From contig CAVSLV010000001.1 in assembly GCA_963728915.1 (NCBI GenBank), positions 320,001-384,000 on the forward strand: DNA of 64,000 bases. Reading direction: 5' to 3'. This stretch comes from an uncultured Gemmatimonadales bacterium (GTDB taxonomy: Bacteria; Gemmatimonadota; Gemmatimonadetes; Gemmatimonadales; GWC2-71-9). Shown piece by piece: positions 21,301-33,900 of the stretch. Within the stretch, counting starts at the first letter, position 1; each line of letters opens with the position of its first letter. Both the position numbers and the translations under genes were made by a program. Below the pieces are notes generated by a model that did not search any database, had not been told where the DNA came from, and saw only the letters and a list, made by a program, of their open reading frames with translations.

Positions 21301-23531
21301 GGGAGCGGCGGGTCTATCTCTTCGTGCTCTGCTTCGAGGCCGGTCTTGCGACCGGCCTCTCGCGTTTTCTGGATCCGTGGTGGACCGCCGCGACCCTGGT
21401 GGCCGGCGGGCTCCTGCTCCGGCCCCGCGGGCATTCCTGGATCGCCGGCGTCCTCCTCCTGGGCCTCGGCCTTGGCGTCCTAACCCGCGACCGCGCGGCC
21501 CGGTCCTGCGCCGGACGGCTTCCCGCCGGCGTCCTGCGACTCGCCCTCGAGCTCCGCGACCCGGCCACCGATGGCGTGGCGCGGGCCTCGGTTCTCCACG
21601 GTTGCCGGGGGGAAATCACGCTGCGAGTGCGATCCAGCCATCCCCTTCCCGCGGGAAGCCGCTGGCTGGTGACCGGCCGGTGGATTCCGGAGACCGAGTT
21701 CGGCGGCCGCCCGGGCGGGATCTTCGTCGCCCAAGAGCTCGCGGCCAGGGGCCGGTCCCGGTCGCTCGAGGCCGGGCTTCGGAACTGGCTCTCCGGTACC
21801 ATCACCCGTCTCTACGGGACCCGATCCGGACTGGTGGACGCCCTGGTCACCGGACGGAGAGGAGAGATGGATCCCTCGCTCAAGGCCTCCTTCGCGCGGT
21901 CCGGCCTGATCCACCTCCTCTCCATCAGCGGATTCCACGTCGGGGTGATCTTCGGGTGGACGGTCCTGCTGCTCAAGGCGCTCCGGATTTCCCGCCATCG
22001 CAGGATTGCGATCGCGACCGCGGTGGTGGTCGCCTATGTGTGCTTTCTCGGGTGGCCTCCGCCCGCCGCTCGCGCGGCGGTGCTGTGCGGCTCGAGCGGC
22101 TGGGCCTTCTACCGGCAGCGGAAGCCGTCCCCGATGGTGCTGCTTGGGGTCACCTGCCTCGTGGTTTCCCTGATGGACCCCTGGGCGATCTTCAGCCTGG
22201 GGGCATGGCTCTCCGCCGGCGCGCTCACCGGGAGCATGCTGTTCACTCGATGGAGCGATCGGGCGATCGGGACGGGGAACGGATGGCGCATGCTGTTCGC
22301 GTCGATCGGAGCGACGTTCACCACCGCGCCATTCACGGCGGCGGCATTCGGGTCGGTGGCTCTTGCTGGCATCGGACTCAATTTCGCCGCGATTCCACTC
22401 GCCGCGCTCTCGGTGCCCCTGGTGCTGGCGAGCCTGGTCACTGCTCCCCTCGCGCCGATCGCCCAGGCCTTTGCGACCGCGGGCGGAGTGGGCCTTGCGG
22501 GGCTCGAGCGGCTCGCCTTGCTCGGCAGCGTGATTCCGGCCGGCGCGGTGCTGACGCCGACGGGGTTGATCGGCGCGCTTCCCTGGATCGGATTGCTGGG
22601 GTTCCTCCTCTGGGTCATCGGCCGGCGGAATACCTCCCGGCGCGCTGCCCTCCGGCTCGGATGGGGCGCCGGTCTGGCCGGGTTCGCACTCCTCCTTCCC
22701 CTTCACGCCATGGCGTCGTTTCATGACGGGCATGGCCTCACGCTACATTTCCTGAGCGTCGGCCAGGGCGATGCCGCGCTGCTTCGGACCCCGGCAGGGC
22801 GCTGGATCCTGGTGGATGGAGGGCCCGCCGACGAGCGGCACGATGCGGGGCGGGAAGTGCTGCTCCCGTTTCTGGTGCGGCACGGTGTTCGGCGCCTTGC
22901 CGCGGTGGTGCTCTCCCATGCGCACCTCGATCACGTGGGTGGCATCCCCGCGGTGCTCGAGGCCATCCCGGCGGACCTGATCCTGGAGCCCGCCGAGCCG
23001 GTCGCGGAGCCGCACTATCTGCACATGCTGGCGCTCGCGGAGGAGCAGGGGATTCGGTGGCAGGCGGCGAGGGCGGGAGATTCCCTCGCGATCGACGGTC
23101 TGGTGCTCCGGATTCTTCACCCCGATACGACCTGGATCCATTGGCGCGAGGACCTCAATGACGACTCGGTGGTACTGCTGCTGCGCTACGGCCGGTTCGA
23201 GGCTGTGCTCGCCGGGGACCTGGGCGTGAAGGCCGAGTCGCTGCTGGCCGGCCGGGTAGGGCCGATCGATCTCCTCAAAGTCGGCCATCACGGCTCGGCC
23301 ACCTCGTCGGGGACCCGATGGCTCGATGAGCTCGAGCCCAAGGCGGCGATCATCAGCGTGGGGCCGAACCGCTATGGCCACCCCGCCCCCTCCGCGCTCA
23401 CCCGCCTCGGGGAGCACCAGGTGGACGTGTGGCGCACCGATCGGGACGGCAGCGTGACCGTGACCCTCACCGACTCCACCATGACCCTCACGGGTCGATC
23501 CCGGACCGGCCGCTATGTCCTGGTTCCCTAA
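21297..23531 (+). CDS. comEC: Competence protein ComEC/Rec2
   Basis: HLLSISGFHV, multi-TM competence domain, VGQGDA, beta-lactamase fold SHAHLDHVGG, KVGHHGS, NRYGHP. Confidence 0.93.
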
Positions 23532-24560
23532 CGATCGCCGCCGGACCCTGCCCGGTACCTCGGTCTTCACGATCGAGCGATTCATCATCGAGCAGGAGCG
23601 CCGCTATCCCGAGGCCACCGGCGAGCTTTCCAACCTCCTCTACGACATCGCGCTCGGCGCCAAGATCATCGCCGCGACGGTCCGGCGCGCCGGGATCCTC
23701 CAGATCTTCGGCTCGGCGGGGCAGATGAACGTCTCGGGCGAGACCCAGCAGCGGCTCGATCTCTTCGCCAACGAGGCGCTCAAGAACGCGATGGCCCACA
23801 CCGGGCGGGTCTGCGTGATGGCCTCGGAGGAGGACGAGGAAGTCGTCACCACCGACGGGGACGGCCCCAAGGGCAAGTACGCGGTGCTGTTCGATCCGCT
23901 GGACGGCTCTTCCAACATCGACAACAACAACCCGGTGGGGACCATCTTCAGCATCTACCGGCGCCGCACCATGGAGGGGACCGGGACCCTGGAGGACGTG
24001 CTCCAGCCCGGGCGCGACCAGGTGGCCGCGGGTTATGTGATGTACGGATCGAGCGTGATGATGGTCTATTCGACCGGCCAGGGGGTGCACGGCTTCACCC
24101 TCGACCCCACCATCGGCGAGTTCGTGCTGTCCCACCCCGACATCCGCACCCCCGAGGTCGGCAAGTACTACAGCGTCAACGAGAGCTACTTCGGCCGGTG
24201 GACCCCGGCGATGAAGCAGGCGGTCCGCGGTTTCCACGGCGACCTGCCCGACCGGATCAAGGGGAAGAACAGCCGCTACATCGGCGCCCTGGTCGCCGAC
24301 TTTCACCGCAACCTGGTCTCCGGCGGGATCTTCCTGTATCCCGGGGAGGAATCGAAGCCGCAGGGCAAGCTCCGGCTCTGCTACGAGGCGAGTCCCCTGG
24401 CCTTCATCGCGGAGCACGCCGGCGGCGCCGCGACCGACGGGGTGAACCGGATTCTCGACATCGTGCCCCACGAGCTGCACCAGCGCACCCCCCTGGTGAT
24501 CGGGTCGAAACGGGACGTCGAGTTCGTGGCCGACGTCCTCCGCGAGCACAAGTCGTCGGT

Positions 24561-24564
<4 letters not shown>
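23515..24564 (+). CDS. fbp: Class 1 fructose-1,6-bisphosphatase (start uncertain)
   Basis: ASEE, FDPLDGSSNID, RYIGALVADFHRNL, GKLRLCYE. Confidence 0.95.
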
Positions 24565-26098
<1,534 letters not shown>

Positions 26099-26102
<4 letters not shown>

Positions 26103-26767
26103 GCGGCCCGCCGGTGGCCCATCACCTTCGGGTGTTCCGGACCGCGCGTTATCTCACCCTGGGTGAGATCGAAGGCGCCTCCGAAGTGTGGTTCGTGCTG
26201 CACGGGTACAGCATGCTCGCCGCGTCCTTTCTTCACTGGTTCGAACCGGTGGCGCGGCCGGGGCGCCTGCTGGTGGCGCCGGAGGGCCTGTCCCGGGCCT
26301 ACTTCGAAGAGCGGGGCACCCGCCGGGTGGGAGCCTCCTGGATGACCAAGGAGGATCGCGACGCGGAGATCGAAGACTACGTGCAGTACCTGGACCGCAT
26401 TGCCGACCGGATCCGGCTCAGCGTGCCGGGCGCGCCTCGCGTCGAAGTCCACGGTTTCTCGCAGGGAGCCGCGACCGCCTGCCGCTGGGTGGCGCTGGGC
26501 AGCGTCCAGCCCGATCGACTCGTGGTCTGGGGCTCGACGCTCCCGCCCGATCTTCCGCTGGAACGCTATGGAGCGAAGCTGACCCGCGCCGGGCTCACCA
26601 TCGCGGTGGGAACCCGGGACAAGTACGTCCACCCCGAAGACGTGGACCGCGAGGAAGCCCGGCTCCGGTCGCTGGGACTGTCGCCGATCATGCACCGGTT
26701 CGACGGAGGGCACCGGGTGGATCCCGGGGTGCTCCGGCTGCTCGCCACCACGGAGGCCCCGCCATGA
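26099..26767 (+). CDS. Alpha/beta hydrolase (phospholipase/carboxylesterase family)
   Basis: LHGY, nucleophile elbow GFSQG, GTRD, FDGGH; GTGA coupling. Confidence 0.85.
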
Positions 26768-27282
26768 TGTCGTTTCCCGATTCTCTCGCCGCGATCTACG
26801 CCCGGGAGCTCACGACCCTGCGCCTGGAAGTGGAGGCGTACCCGTCCGACGCCGATCTCTGGAAACTGGCGCCCGGCATCGCCAATTCGGGGGGAACCCT
26901 GGCGCTTCATCTGGCCGGCAATCTCCAGCATTTCATCGGAGCGATCCTGGGCGGAACCGGCTATCGCCGGAACCGGGATGCCGAATTCGGAGATCGTGAT
27001 GTTCCCCGCGCCGTGGTGCTTCAGCGCCTCGACGCGGCCATCCAGGTCGTGCCGAAGACGGTCGCCGAGCTGGGACCCGAGGTGCTCGATGCCGACTACC
27101 CGGATTCGGTCGCCGGCGTCCGGCTCAACACCGCCGACTTCCTGCTGCATCTGGCGAGTCACCTGAGCTATCACCTGGGGCAGCTCGATTATCACCGGAG
27201 ACTGGTGACCGGCGGGGCGCCGCTCGGGGGAGTGGTGTCGCCGACCCGGCTCTGGTCGGCGGTCAAGCCGGAACAGACCTAA
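26764..27282 (+). CDS. DinB/DUF1572-like protein
   Basis: NSGGTLALHLAGNLQHFIG, RNRDAEF, HLSYHLGQ His triad; GGAGG RBS. Confidence 0.85.
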   Translation: MMSFPDSLAAIYARELTTLRLEVEAYPSDADLWKLAPGIANSGGTLALHLAGNLQHFIGAILGGTGYRRNRDAEFGDRDVPRAVVLQRLDAAIQVVPKTVAELGPEVLDADYPDSVAGVRLNTADFLLHLASHLSYHLGQLDYHRRLVTGGAPLGGVVSPTRLWSAVKPEQT

Positions 27283-28835
27283 CGCGCTTCGAGCACTTCC
27301 CGGACCGCCTGGCTCAGCTCGTCCATGGTGACCGGCTTCCGGAGGACCCGGCAAATACCGGAGTCTCGCAGGCGCTGTTCGTCCATATCGTCCACGAATC
27401 CCGTCAACAGGATGATCCGAACGTTCGGCCTGACCTGATAGAGGGTTCGGGCCAGGTCGAGCCCCGTCATGTGAGGCATGGTGAAATCCGTCACCACCAG
27501 GTCGATGTCTTCCGAGTGCTGGGTGAAGTGGGCCAGCGCCTGGCGGGGGTCGGTGAATTCCGCGACCCGGTAATTGAGCATGATCAGACGGCGTGCCCCG
27601 ATCCGTGCGAGGGAGGGTTCGTCGTCGAGGAACAGAATGTTCTCACCCTTGCCCTGGGTTCGTGCGGCATGGGCTGCCTCGGTCGCCGCGGCTTCCGTTT
27701 CGAGCAGGGGAAAGAAACAGCGGATTTCGGTGCCCTGTCCCACTTCGCTCTCCAGCGCCACGACCCCATCGTGGTCCTGCATGATCGCGTGCACCATCGC
27801 GAGGCCGAGCCCGGTGCCCTCACCGACCGGCTTGGTGGTGAAGAATGGCTCGAAGACCCGGGAGCGGTGGGCCGGGTCGATGCCCGCTCCGGTGTCCCGC
27901 ACCTTGAGCAGTACATAGGGGCCCTCGCGGAGCCCGGGATTGGAACGCGCCATGCTGTCCCGCACGTACAGCTCCTCGAGGCTGATCGACAGGGTGCCTC
28001 CCTCGGGCATGGCCTGGGCGGAGTTCATCGACAGGTTCATCAGGACCTGGTGCACCGCCGTCTCATCCGCTGAAACCCGGTGAGGAGCGTCGGGGATCTG
28101 GAAATTGACCTCGACGGTCGCCGGGATGCTGGCGCGGAGGAGTTGATGAACCGCATGGACGCTCTTCCGGAGGTCCAGGGGACGCCTGACGCCGGTCTGG
28201 CGCCGGCTGAAGGTCAGAATACGCTCGACCAGTTGTCGTCCCCGCTGAGCTGAGGCGAGCAGCTCGTTGGCATCCGCCGCGATCTCGGGGAGCTTCCTGC
28301 TCGCCGCCAGGATCATCTCCCCATAGCCCACGATCGCTCCGAGGACGTTGTTGAAGTCGTGCGCGATGCCGCCGGCCAGGGTGCCGATGGCCTCCATCTT
28401 CTGGGCCTGGCGCAGCTGCTCCTCGAGGTGTTGTCGGCCCGATTCGGCCTGCTTCCGCGCGGTGATGTCCACGATGGTGGCGAGCACGAACATCCCTTCG
28501 GGGGTGATGACCGGAGTGAGCCCGATCTCCACCGGGACCGCGGTGCCGTCTTTGCGCTTGCCGTAGAGATCGCGGCCGGCTCCCATGGCCCGGACCTGAG
28601 GATTGGCGACGAATCCGGCCCGGAACGCCTCGTGGTGCCGGCGGGCGGAATCGGGCACCAGAAGCTCGACCTGGTGGCCGAGCAGCTCTTCCCGGGAGTA
28701 GCCGAACTGGCGTTCGATCTCCCGGTTCACCAGCACGATCCGCCCGGCCGAGTCGGTCATGAGCAGCCCGCTTGGCGCCGCCTCGACTGCCGCTCGCAGT
28801 CGCTGGTCGACCTGGGGGCCCGACGGGCCGGTCAT
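27279..28835 (-). CDS. Cytoplasmic hybrid sensor kinase PAS-HisKA-HATPase-REC (start 28835 or 28871)
   Basis: PAS/PAC; H-box [11 protein letters not shown] box [28 protein letters not shown]; receiver LVVTDFTMP...KP; no TM segment. Confidence 0.93.
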   Translation of the reverse strand: MTGPSGPQVDQRLRAAVEAAPSGLLMTDSAGRIVLVNREIERQFGYSREELLGHQVELLVPDSARRHHEAFRAGFVANPQVRAMGAGRDLYGKRKDGTAVPVEIGLTPVITPEGMFVLATIVDITARKQAESGRQHLEEQLRQAQKMEAIGTLAGGIAHDFNNVLGAIVGYGEMILAASRKLPEIAADANELLASAQRGRQLVERILTFSRRQTGVRRPLDLRKSVHAVHQLLRASIPATVEVNFQIPDAPHRVSADETAVHQVLMNLSMNSAQAMPEGGTLSISLEELYVRDSMARSNPGLREGPYVLLKVRDTGAGIDPAHRSRVFEPFFTTKPVGEGTGLGLAMVHAIMQDHDGVVALESEVGQGTEIRCFFPLLETEAAATEAAHAARTQGKGENILFLDDEPSLARIGARRLIMLNYRVAEFTDPRQALAHFTQHSEDIDLVVTDFTMPHMTGLDLARTLYQVRPNVRIILLTGFVDDMDEQRLRDSGICRVLRKPVTMDELSQAVREVLEAR

Positions 28836-28923
28836 CGTTAGCCTGGGATGGGTAAGGGGAGCCTGCCGCAACTACTATACTTCACCCGGTTCTTCTTTCC
28901 GTCAAGCACTTTGGAGGCAGGCC

Positions 28924-29556
28924 ATGCGTGGACCGTGGGTAGTGGGTGCGCTTTGCCTTGTGTGGGGCTGTTCCTCGCCGCCCGCCAAGCCTGAAGCAGA
29001 TTCGATCAAGGCCGCGGAACCTGTCCCTTCCACACCTTTGACACCGGACGAAGCCGTGGCGGCCGCCATTTCTCCGCTCCCGGCGCAATATCGGGATAGT
29101 GCCACTGTGATTTCGGTCGATACGGCGGGCAAGACCTCCACTGTGCGGGAAGGGAAAGGCGAGATGATCTGCCTCGCCCCCGATCTCGCCGCGAAGGACT
29201 TTCACGCCGCCTGCTATCACCGGTCCCTCGATCCCTTCATGGCGCGGGGCCGGGAGCTCCGGGCCGCGGGAATCAAGGACGGCGAAGTGGACTCGGTCCG
29301 GTTCCGGGAGATCCGGGCCGGCACGCTCCTGATGCCCAAGGAGCCCGCCGCGCTGTATCAGTATTTCGGAGGGCACTTCGATGCCGCCACCGGCAAGGTG
29401 ATCGGCGCGCAGTCTCTTTACGTGGTGTACATGCCGTTTGCCACGGGGAAGAGCACCGGTCTCTCCGAGAAGCCCACCGACGACGGTCCCTGGCTCATGT
29501 ACCCCGGCACGCCGAAAGCCCATATCATGCTCACCGGGAAGATGTCCTCGCCCTAG
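28924..29556 (+). CDS. Hypothetical lipoprotein (210 aa)
   Basis: GGAGG RBS before ATG 28924; lipobox VWGC; motif-like CLA, CYH, PWLMYPGTPKAHIM. Confidence 0.75.
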   Translation: MRGPWVVGALCLVWGCSSPPAKPEADSIKAAEPVPSTPLTPDEAVAAAISPLPAQYRDSATVISVDTAGKTSTVREGKGEMICLAPDLAAKDFHAACYHRSLDPFMARGRELRAAGIKDGEVDSVRFREIRAGTLLMPKEPAALYQYFGGHFDAATGKVIGAQSLYVVYMPFATGKSTGLSEKPTDDGPWLMYPGTPKAHIMLTGKMSSP

Positions 29557-30845
29557 AGGATCAATATCGAGCCGGACACCACGCCGGTCAGGCTGCCGGC
29601 GCTGAATCGCAGCGTGAAGCTTCCCGCCCGATTGATCGAGAGGTTGGTGAAAGTCGCGACCCCGGCGTCGTTCGTGGTCACGGTCAGCGTCCCGCCCAGT
29701 ACCGCATTCCCCGGTCCGCTCTCGATCGCCACTGTTACCTGAATGCCACTCTGATGCACCGGATCCCCGTTCGCATCGCTCACCTGGATCACGGGCTGCT
29801 GGCCCAACGCCACCCCGGCCAGCCCGAGGGATGAAGGCTGCGTGGTGATCACCAGCTGCGTCGCGGTGGCCGGTGGCGGCGGAGGGGGCGGGGGCGGCGG
29901 CGGCGGCGGGGGTGGCGGCGCGGCGCTCACGTCGAAGGTCGCGCTGGTGGCGTCGGTTAACCCGGAAGAAGAGGCGACCAGGGTGTAACCAGTCCCTGCC
30001 TTGTCGAGCGAGAGATCGTCGAAGCTCGCCAGTCCGTTGATCGCCGCGACGGTCAGGGAGCCCGAGAGGAACGCACTTCCCGGGTTGCTGCCCAGCCGCA
30101 GGGTGATCGCCGCCGCGGACGCGGTCACCCGGTTCCCCGCGTTGTCGAGGACCTGGACCGTAACGGCGGGGCTCATCGCCTCTCCCGCTCCCGTGCCCGT
30201 GGGCTGCTGGACGAAAGCGAGTGCGGTCGGGACCGGCTGGCCGGGCGGTGGCGCGGTCACGGTGACGGCGGCGACGCCGGCCACGCCACCGTTGCTGGCG
30301 GTGATCAGGGCCGGTCCGCCCGGTGTGATACCGAGCACGATCCCCGAGGTGGTGACGTCGGCGGTGCCGGGCCGGCTGGTTTCCCAGGTGAAGGTGGCGC
30401 CTTTCACCTCTTTATCGGACGCGTCGTACGCCACCGCCACGAGCTGGGCCGACGAGCCGACCTCCAGCGAGGTCTGGTTCGGGGCCACCACGATACGGGC
30501 GATCGGCTCGGCGCTGATCACGAGATTGGCGCTGCCCGGGACGCCATCCGCAGTGGCCCGGATCGCAACCGGCCCGCCGATACCGAGCGCGGTGACCAGG
30601 CCGGCGGCCGAGACCGAGGCGAGCGAGGGATCGTCGGAGACCCAGGAAACGGTCCGGTTGGTGAGGACGATGCCGCTTTCGGTCCTGGGCGTGGCGGTGA
30701 GCTGGAGCGTTCCTCCGACGATCAGGTTGCCGTTCGCGGGGGCAATGTCCACCCGCGATACCCGCAGCAGATCGCCCACGGTGGAATCGGTGGCGCAAGC
30801 AGAAGCCAACAGTCCGAGAAGGAAGAGCACGCGCCCAGGGCGCAT
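29553..30845 (-). CDS. Ig-like (Big_2-type) domain lipoprotein; short paralog of the giant protein
   Basis: GGAG RBS; lipobox LASAC; two Big_2-like domains and two QP...DxxG repeats separated by 16 prolines. Confidence 0.85.
   Translation of the reverse strand: MRPGRVLFLLGLLASACATDSTVGDLLRVSRVDIAPANGNLIVGGTLQLTATPRTESGIVLTNRTVSWVSDDPSLASVSAAGLVTALGIGGPVAIRATADGVPGSANLVISAEPIARIVVAPNQTSLEVGSSAQLVAVAYDASDKEVKGATFTWETSRPGTADVTTSGIVLGITPGGPALITASNGGVAGVAAVTVTAPPPGQPVPTALAFVQQPTGTGAGEAMSPAVTVQVLDNAGNRVTASAAAITLRLGSNPGSAFLSGSLTVAAINGLASFDDLSLDKAGTGYTLVASSSGLTDATSATFDVSAAPPPPPPPPPPPPPPPPATATQLVITTQPSSLGLAGVALGQQPVIQVSDANGDPVHQSGIQVTVAIESGPGNAVLGGTLTVTTNDAGVATFTNLSINRAGSFTLRFSAGSLTGVVSGSILIL
29871..29918 (-). 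repeat. Poly-proline tract (16 consecutive CCN codons)
   Basis: Counted from the sequence, in frame with 29553..30845. Confidence 0.92.
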
Positions 30846-30855
30846 CGATAACTCC

Positions 30856-30917
30856 GGCGTGGCTATGGGTCCCTGTACCGACAGGGACGGCTCAGCCGCG
30901 CCGCGAGTGCACTCCGG
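30856..30917 (-). other. Structured intercistronic region (hairpin GTCCCTGT-N4-ACAGGGAC; palindrome GAGTGCACTC)
   Basis: Perfect 8-bp inverted repeat at 30869-30888 with an extendable outer stem; 10-bp palindrome at 30905-30914. Confidence 0.55.
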
Positions 30918-30938
30918 ATTGGGTTGGCGGGAAACCGG

Positions 30939-33900
30939 TCAGGGGGAAACGGTGATGACGGCTGACGTCGCGGGCGCTAGACCGGTGCCGGCGAATTGCA
31001 GCTGGAACGTTCCAGTACCCGTGATCACCAGGTCAGTGAAGGTGGCAATCCCGTTTGCCGCAGTGATTGCCGTCGCAGTTCCTCCCAGAATGCCGCTTCC
31101 GGTAAGCGTCACCAGCGTCACGGAGATCGAGACGCCAGCCGAGGCCACGGCATTGTTATTCATGTCGCGGAGCTGAAGCGCGGGCTGCGGATTCAACGCG
31201 ACGGCCGTCGTGGCAGTGGTGGCCGGCGCGGTGCTGAACGTCATGTGATCCGCCGTGCCTGCGGTGACAGTGACGCTGTTCGAGTTAGCCGCGGTAAGAA
31301 CAGGGCTCGAGGTGAATTGCAGCACGTAGTTGGTCCCTACCGTACCGGCGAGCGTGAGGTTGGTAAAGGTCGCCACCCCATTCACCGCCGTGACCGTCTG
31401 AGTGCCCCCCAGCGCTCCGCCCGCTCCCGAGAGGATCGCCACCGAGACCTGGGTGGCGTTGTCACTGGTGACCGTGTTGCCGCCGGAGTCCCGGATGAGC
31501 ACCACCGGCTGCGTCGCCAGGTTGCCCCCGCTGGCACCACCCACCGGCTGAGTGGTGATCGCGAGCTGGGTCGCGGCACCAAGCGTGACGGTGACATTGT
31601 TCGAGCCCGTCGCGGTGAGGGCCGGACTCGAGGTGAACTGGAGCACATAGTTGGTGCCCACCACGCCGCTCAAGGTCACCCCGGTGAAGGAAACTACGCC
31701 GCCGCCGGCGGTCCGGGTGAGCGTCCCACCGAGGCTTCCTCCCGCTCCCGAGAGGATCGCCACGGTGACCAGGGTGGTGTTGTCGCCGGTGACCGTGTTG
31801 CCACTCGCGTCCTGGATGGCGATGACCGGCTGGGTGGCCAGGGCCGCGCCACTGGCGCCGCCCACCGGCTGGGTGGTGATCGCAAGCTGGGTGGCCGTAC
31901 CGGCCGTCACCGTCACGTTCCCCGAGTTGACCGGGGTGAGCACCGGGCTGGAGGTGAAGCGTAGCACATAGTTGGTCCCCACCGTGCCCGACAGGGTCAC
32001 GTTGGTGAAGGTCGCGACGCCATTGACCGCGGTCACTGTTGTGGTCCCGCCCACCGCTCCCCCCGCCCCGGAGAAGAGCGCGACGCTGACCTGAGTGCCG
32101 TTGTCGGTGGTGACGGTGTTCCCCTGGGCATCCCGGATGGCGATCGCCGGCTGAGTGGCCAGTGTTGCGCCGTTCGCTCCGCCCACCGGCTGGGTGGTGA
32201 TCGCAAGCTGGGTGGCCGTACCGGCCGTCACCGTCACGTTCCCCGAGTTGACCGCCGTGAGGGCAGGACTGGAAGTGAAGCGGAGGACGTAGTTGGTCCC
32301 CACCACGCCGCTCAGCGTGACGGTCGAGAAGCTCGCCACGCCGTTCACCGCCGTGACCGTCTGAGTGCCCCCCAGCGCTCCCCCCGCTCCCGAGAAGATC
32401 GCCACGGTGACCTGGGTGGTGTTGTCGCTGGTGACGGTGTTGCCGCCGCCATCCCGAATCGCCACCACCGGTTGGGTGGAGAGGTTGCCTCCGCTGGCGC
32501 CACCCACTGGCTGCGTGGTGATGCCGAGCTTGTTCGCTGCGCCCGCCGTTACGGTGACGTTGGTGGAGCTGACCGACGTGAGCACCGGGCTCGAGGTGAA
32601 CTGCAGCACGTAGCTGGTGCCGACCACCCCGCTCAGGGTCACGCCGGTAAACGTCACCACCCCGCCGACCGCGGTGCGGGTCAGGGTCCCGCCCAGACCT
32701 CCTCCCGCTCCCGAGAGAATCGCCACGGTGACCTGCGTGGTGTTGTCGGTGGTGACGGTGTTGCCGCCGCCGTCCCGAATGGCGACCACGGGCTGGGTGG
32801 CGAGGTTGCCCCCGCTGGCGCCGCCCACCGGCTGAGTGGTGATCGCAAGCTGGGTCGCGGCACCAAGCGTGACGGTGACATTGTTCGAGCCCGTCGCGGT
32901 GAGGGCCGGACTCGAGGTGAACTGGAGCACATAGTTGGTGCCCACCACGCCGCTCAAGGTCACCCCGGTGAAGGAAACTACGCCGCCGACGGCGGTCCGG
33001 GTGAGCGTCCCACCGAGGCTTCCTCCCGCTCCCGAGAGGATCGCCACGGTGACCAGGGTGGTGTTGTCACTGGTGACCGTATTGCCGCCCGCGTCTTGGA
33101 TCGCGACGACTGGCTGGGTGGCCAACGCCGCACCACTGGCGCCGCCCACTGGCTGGGTGGTGATCGCAAGCTGGGTGGCCGTACCGGCCGTCACCGTCAC
33201 GTTCCCCGAGTTGACCGGGGTGAGCACCGGGCTGGAGGTGAAGCGTAGCACATAGTTGGTCCCCACCGTGCCCGACAGGGTCACGTTGGTGAAGGTCGCG
33301 ACGCCATTGACCGCGGTCACTGTTGTGGTCCCGCCCACCGCTCCCCCCGCCCCGGAGAAGAGCGCGACGCTGACCTGAGTGCCGTTGTCGGTGGTGACGG
33401 TGTTCCCCTGGGCATCCCGGATGGCGATCGCCGGCTGAGTGGCCAGTGTTGCGCCGTTCGCTCCGCCCACCGGCTGGGTGGTGATCGCAAGCTGGGTGGC
33501 CGTACCGGCCGTCACCGTCACGTTCCCCGAGTTGACCGGGGTGAGCACCGGGCTCGAGGTGAACTGAAGCACGTAGCTGGTGCCCACCACGCCGCTCAAC
33601 GCCGCATTGGTGAAGGTCACCACCCCGCCGACCGCGGTGCGGGTCAGGGTCCCACCCAGAGCTCCTCCGGCGCCCGAGCCGATCTGGAGCGTGACCTGGG
33701 TGGCGTTATCGCCGGTGACGGTATTCCCTTGGGCATCCTGGATGGCGATCACCGGCTGCGTGGCCAAGGCCGCACCACTGGCGCCACCCACCGGCTGCTG
33801 GGTGATGCCGAGCTTGTTCGCTGCGCCCGCCGTTACGGTGACGTTGGTGGAGCTGACCGACGTGAGCACCGGGCTCGAGGTGAACTGCAGCACGTAGCTG

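Noticed and set aside
28872..28906. Minus-strand promoter TTGACG...TATAGT for the kinase
   Set aside because: The spacer is 20 nt, too long for a confident sigma70 call.
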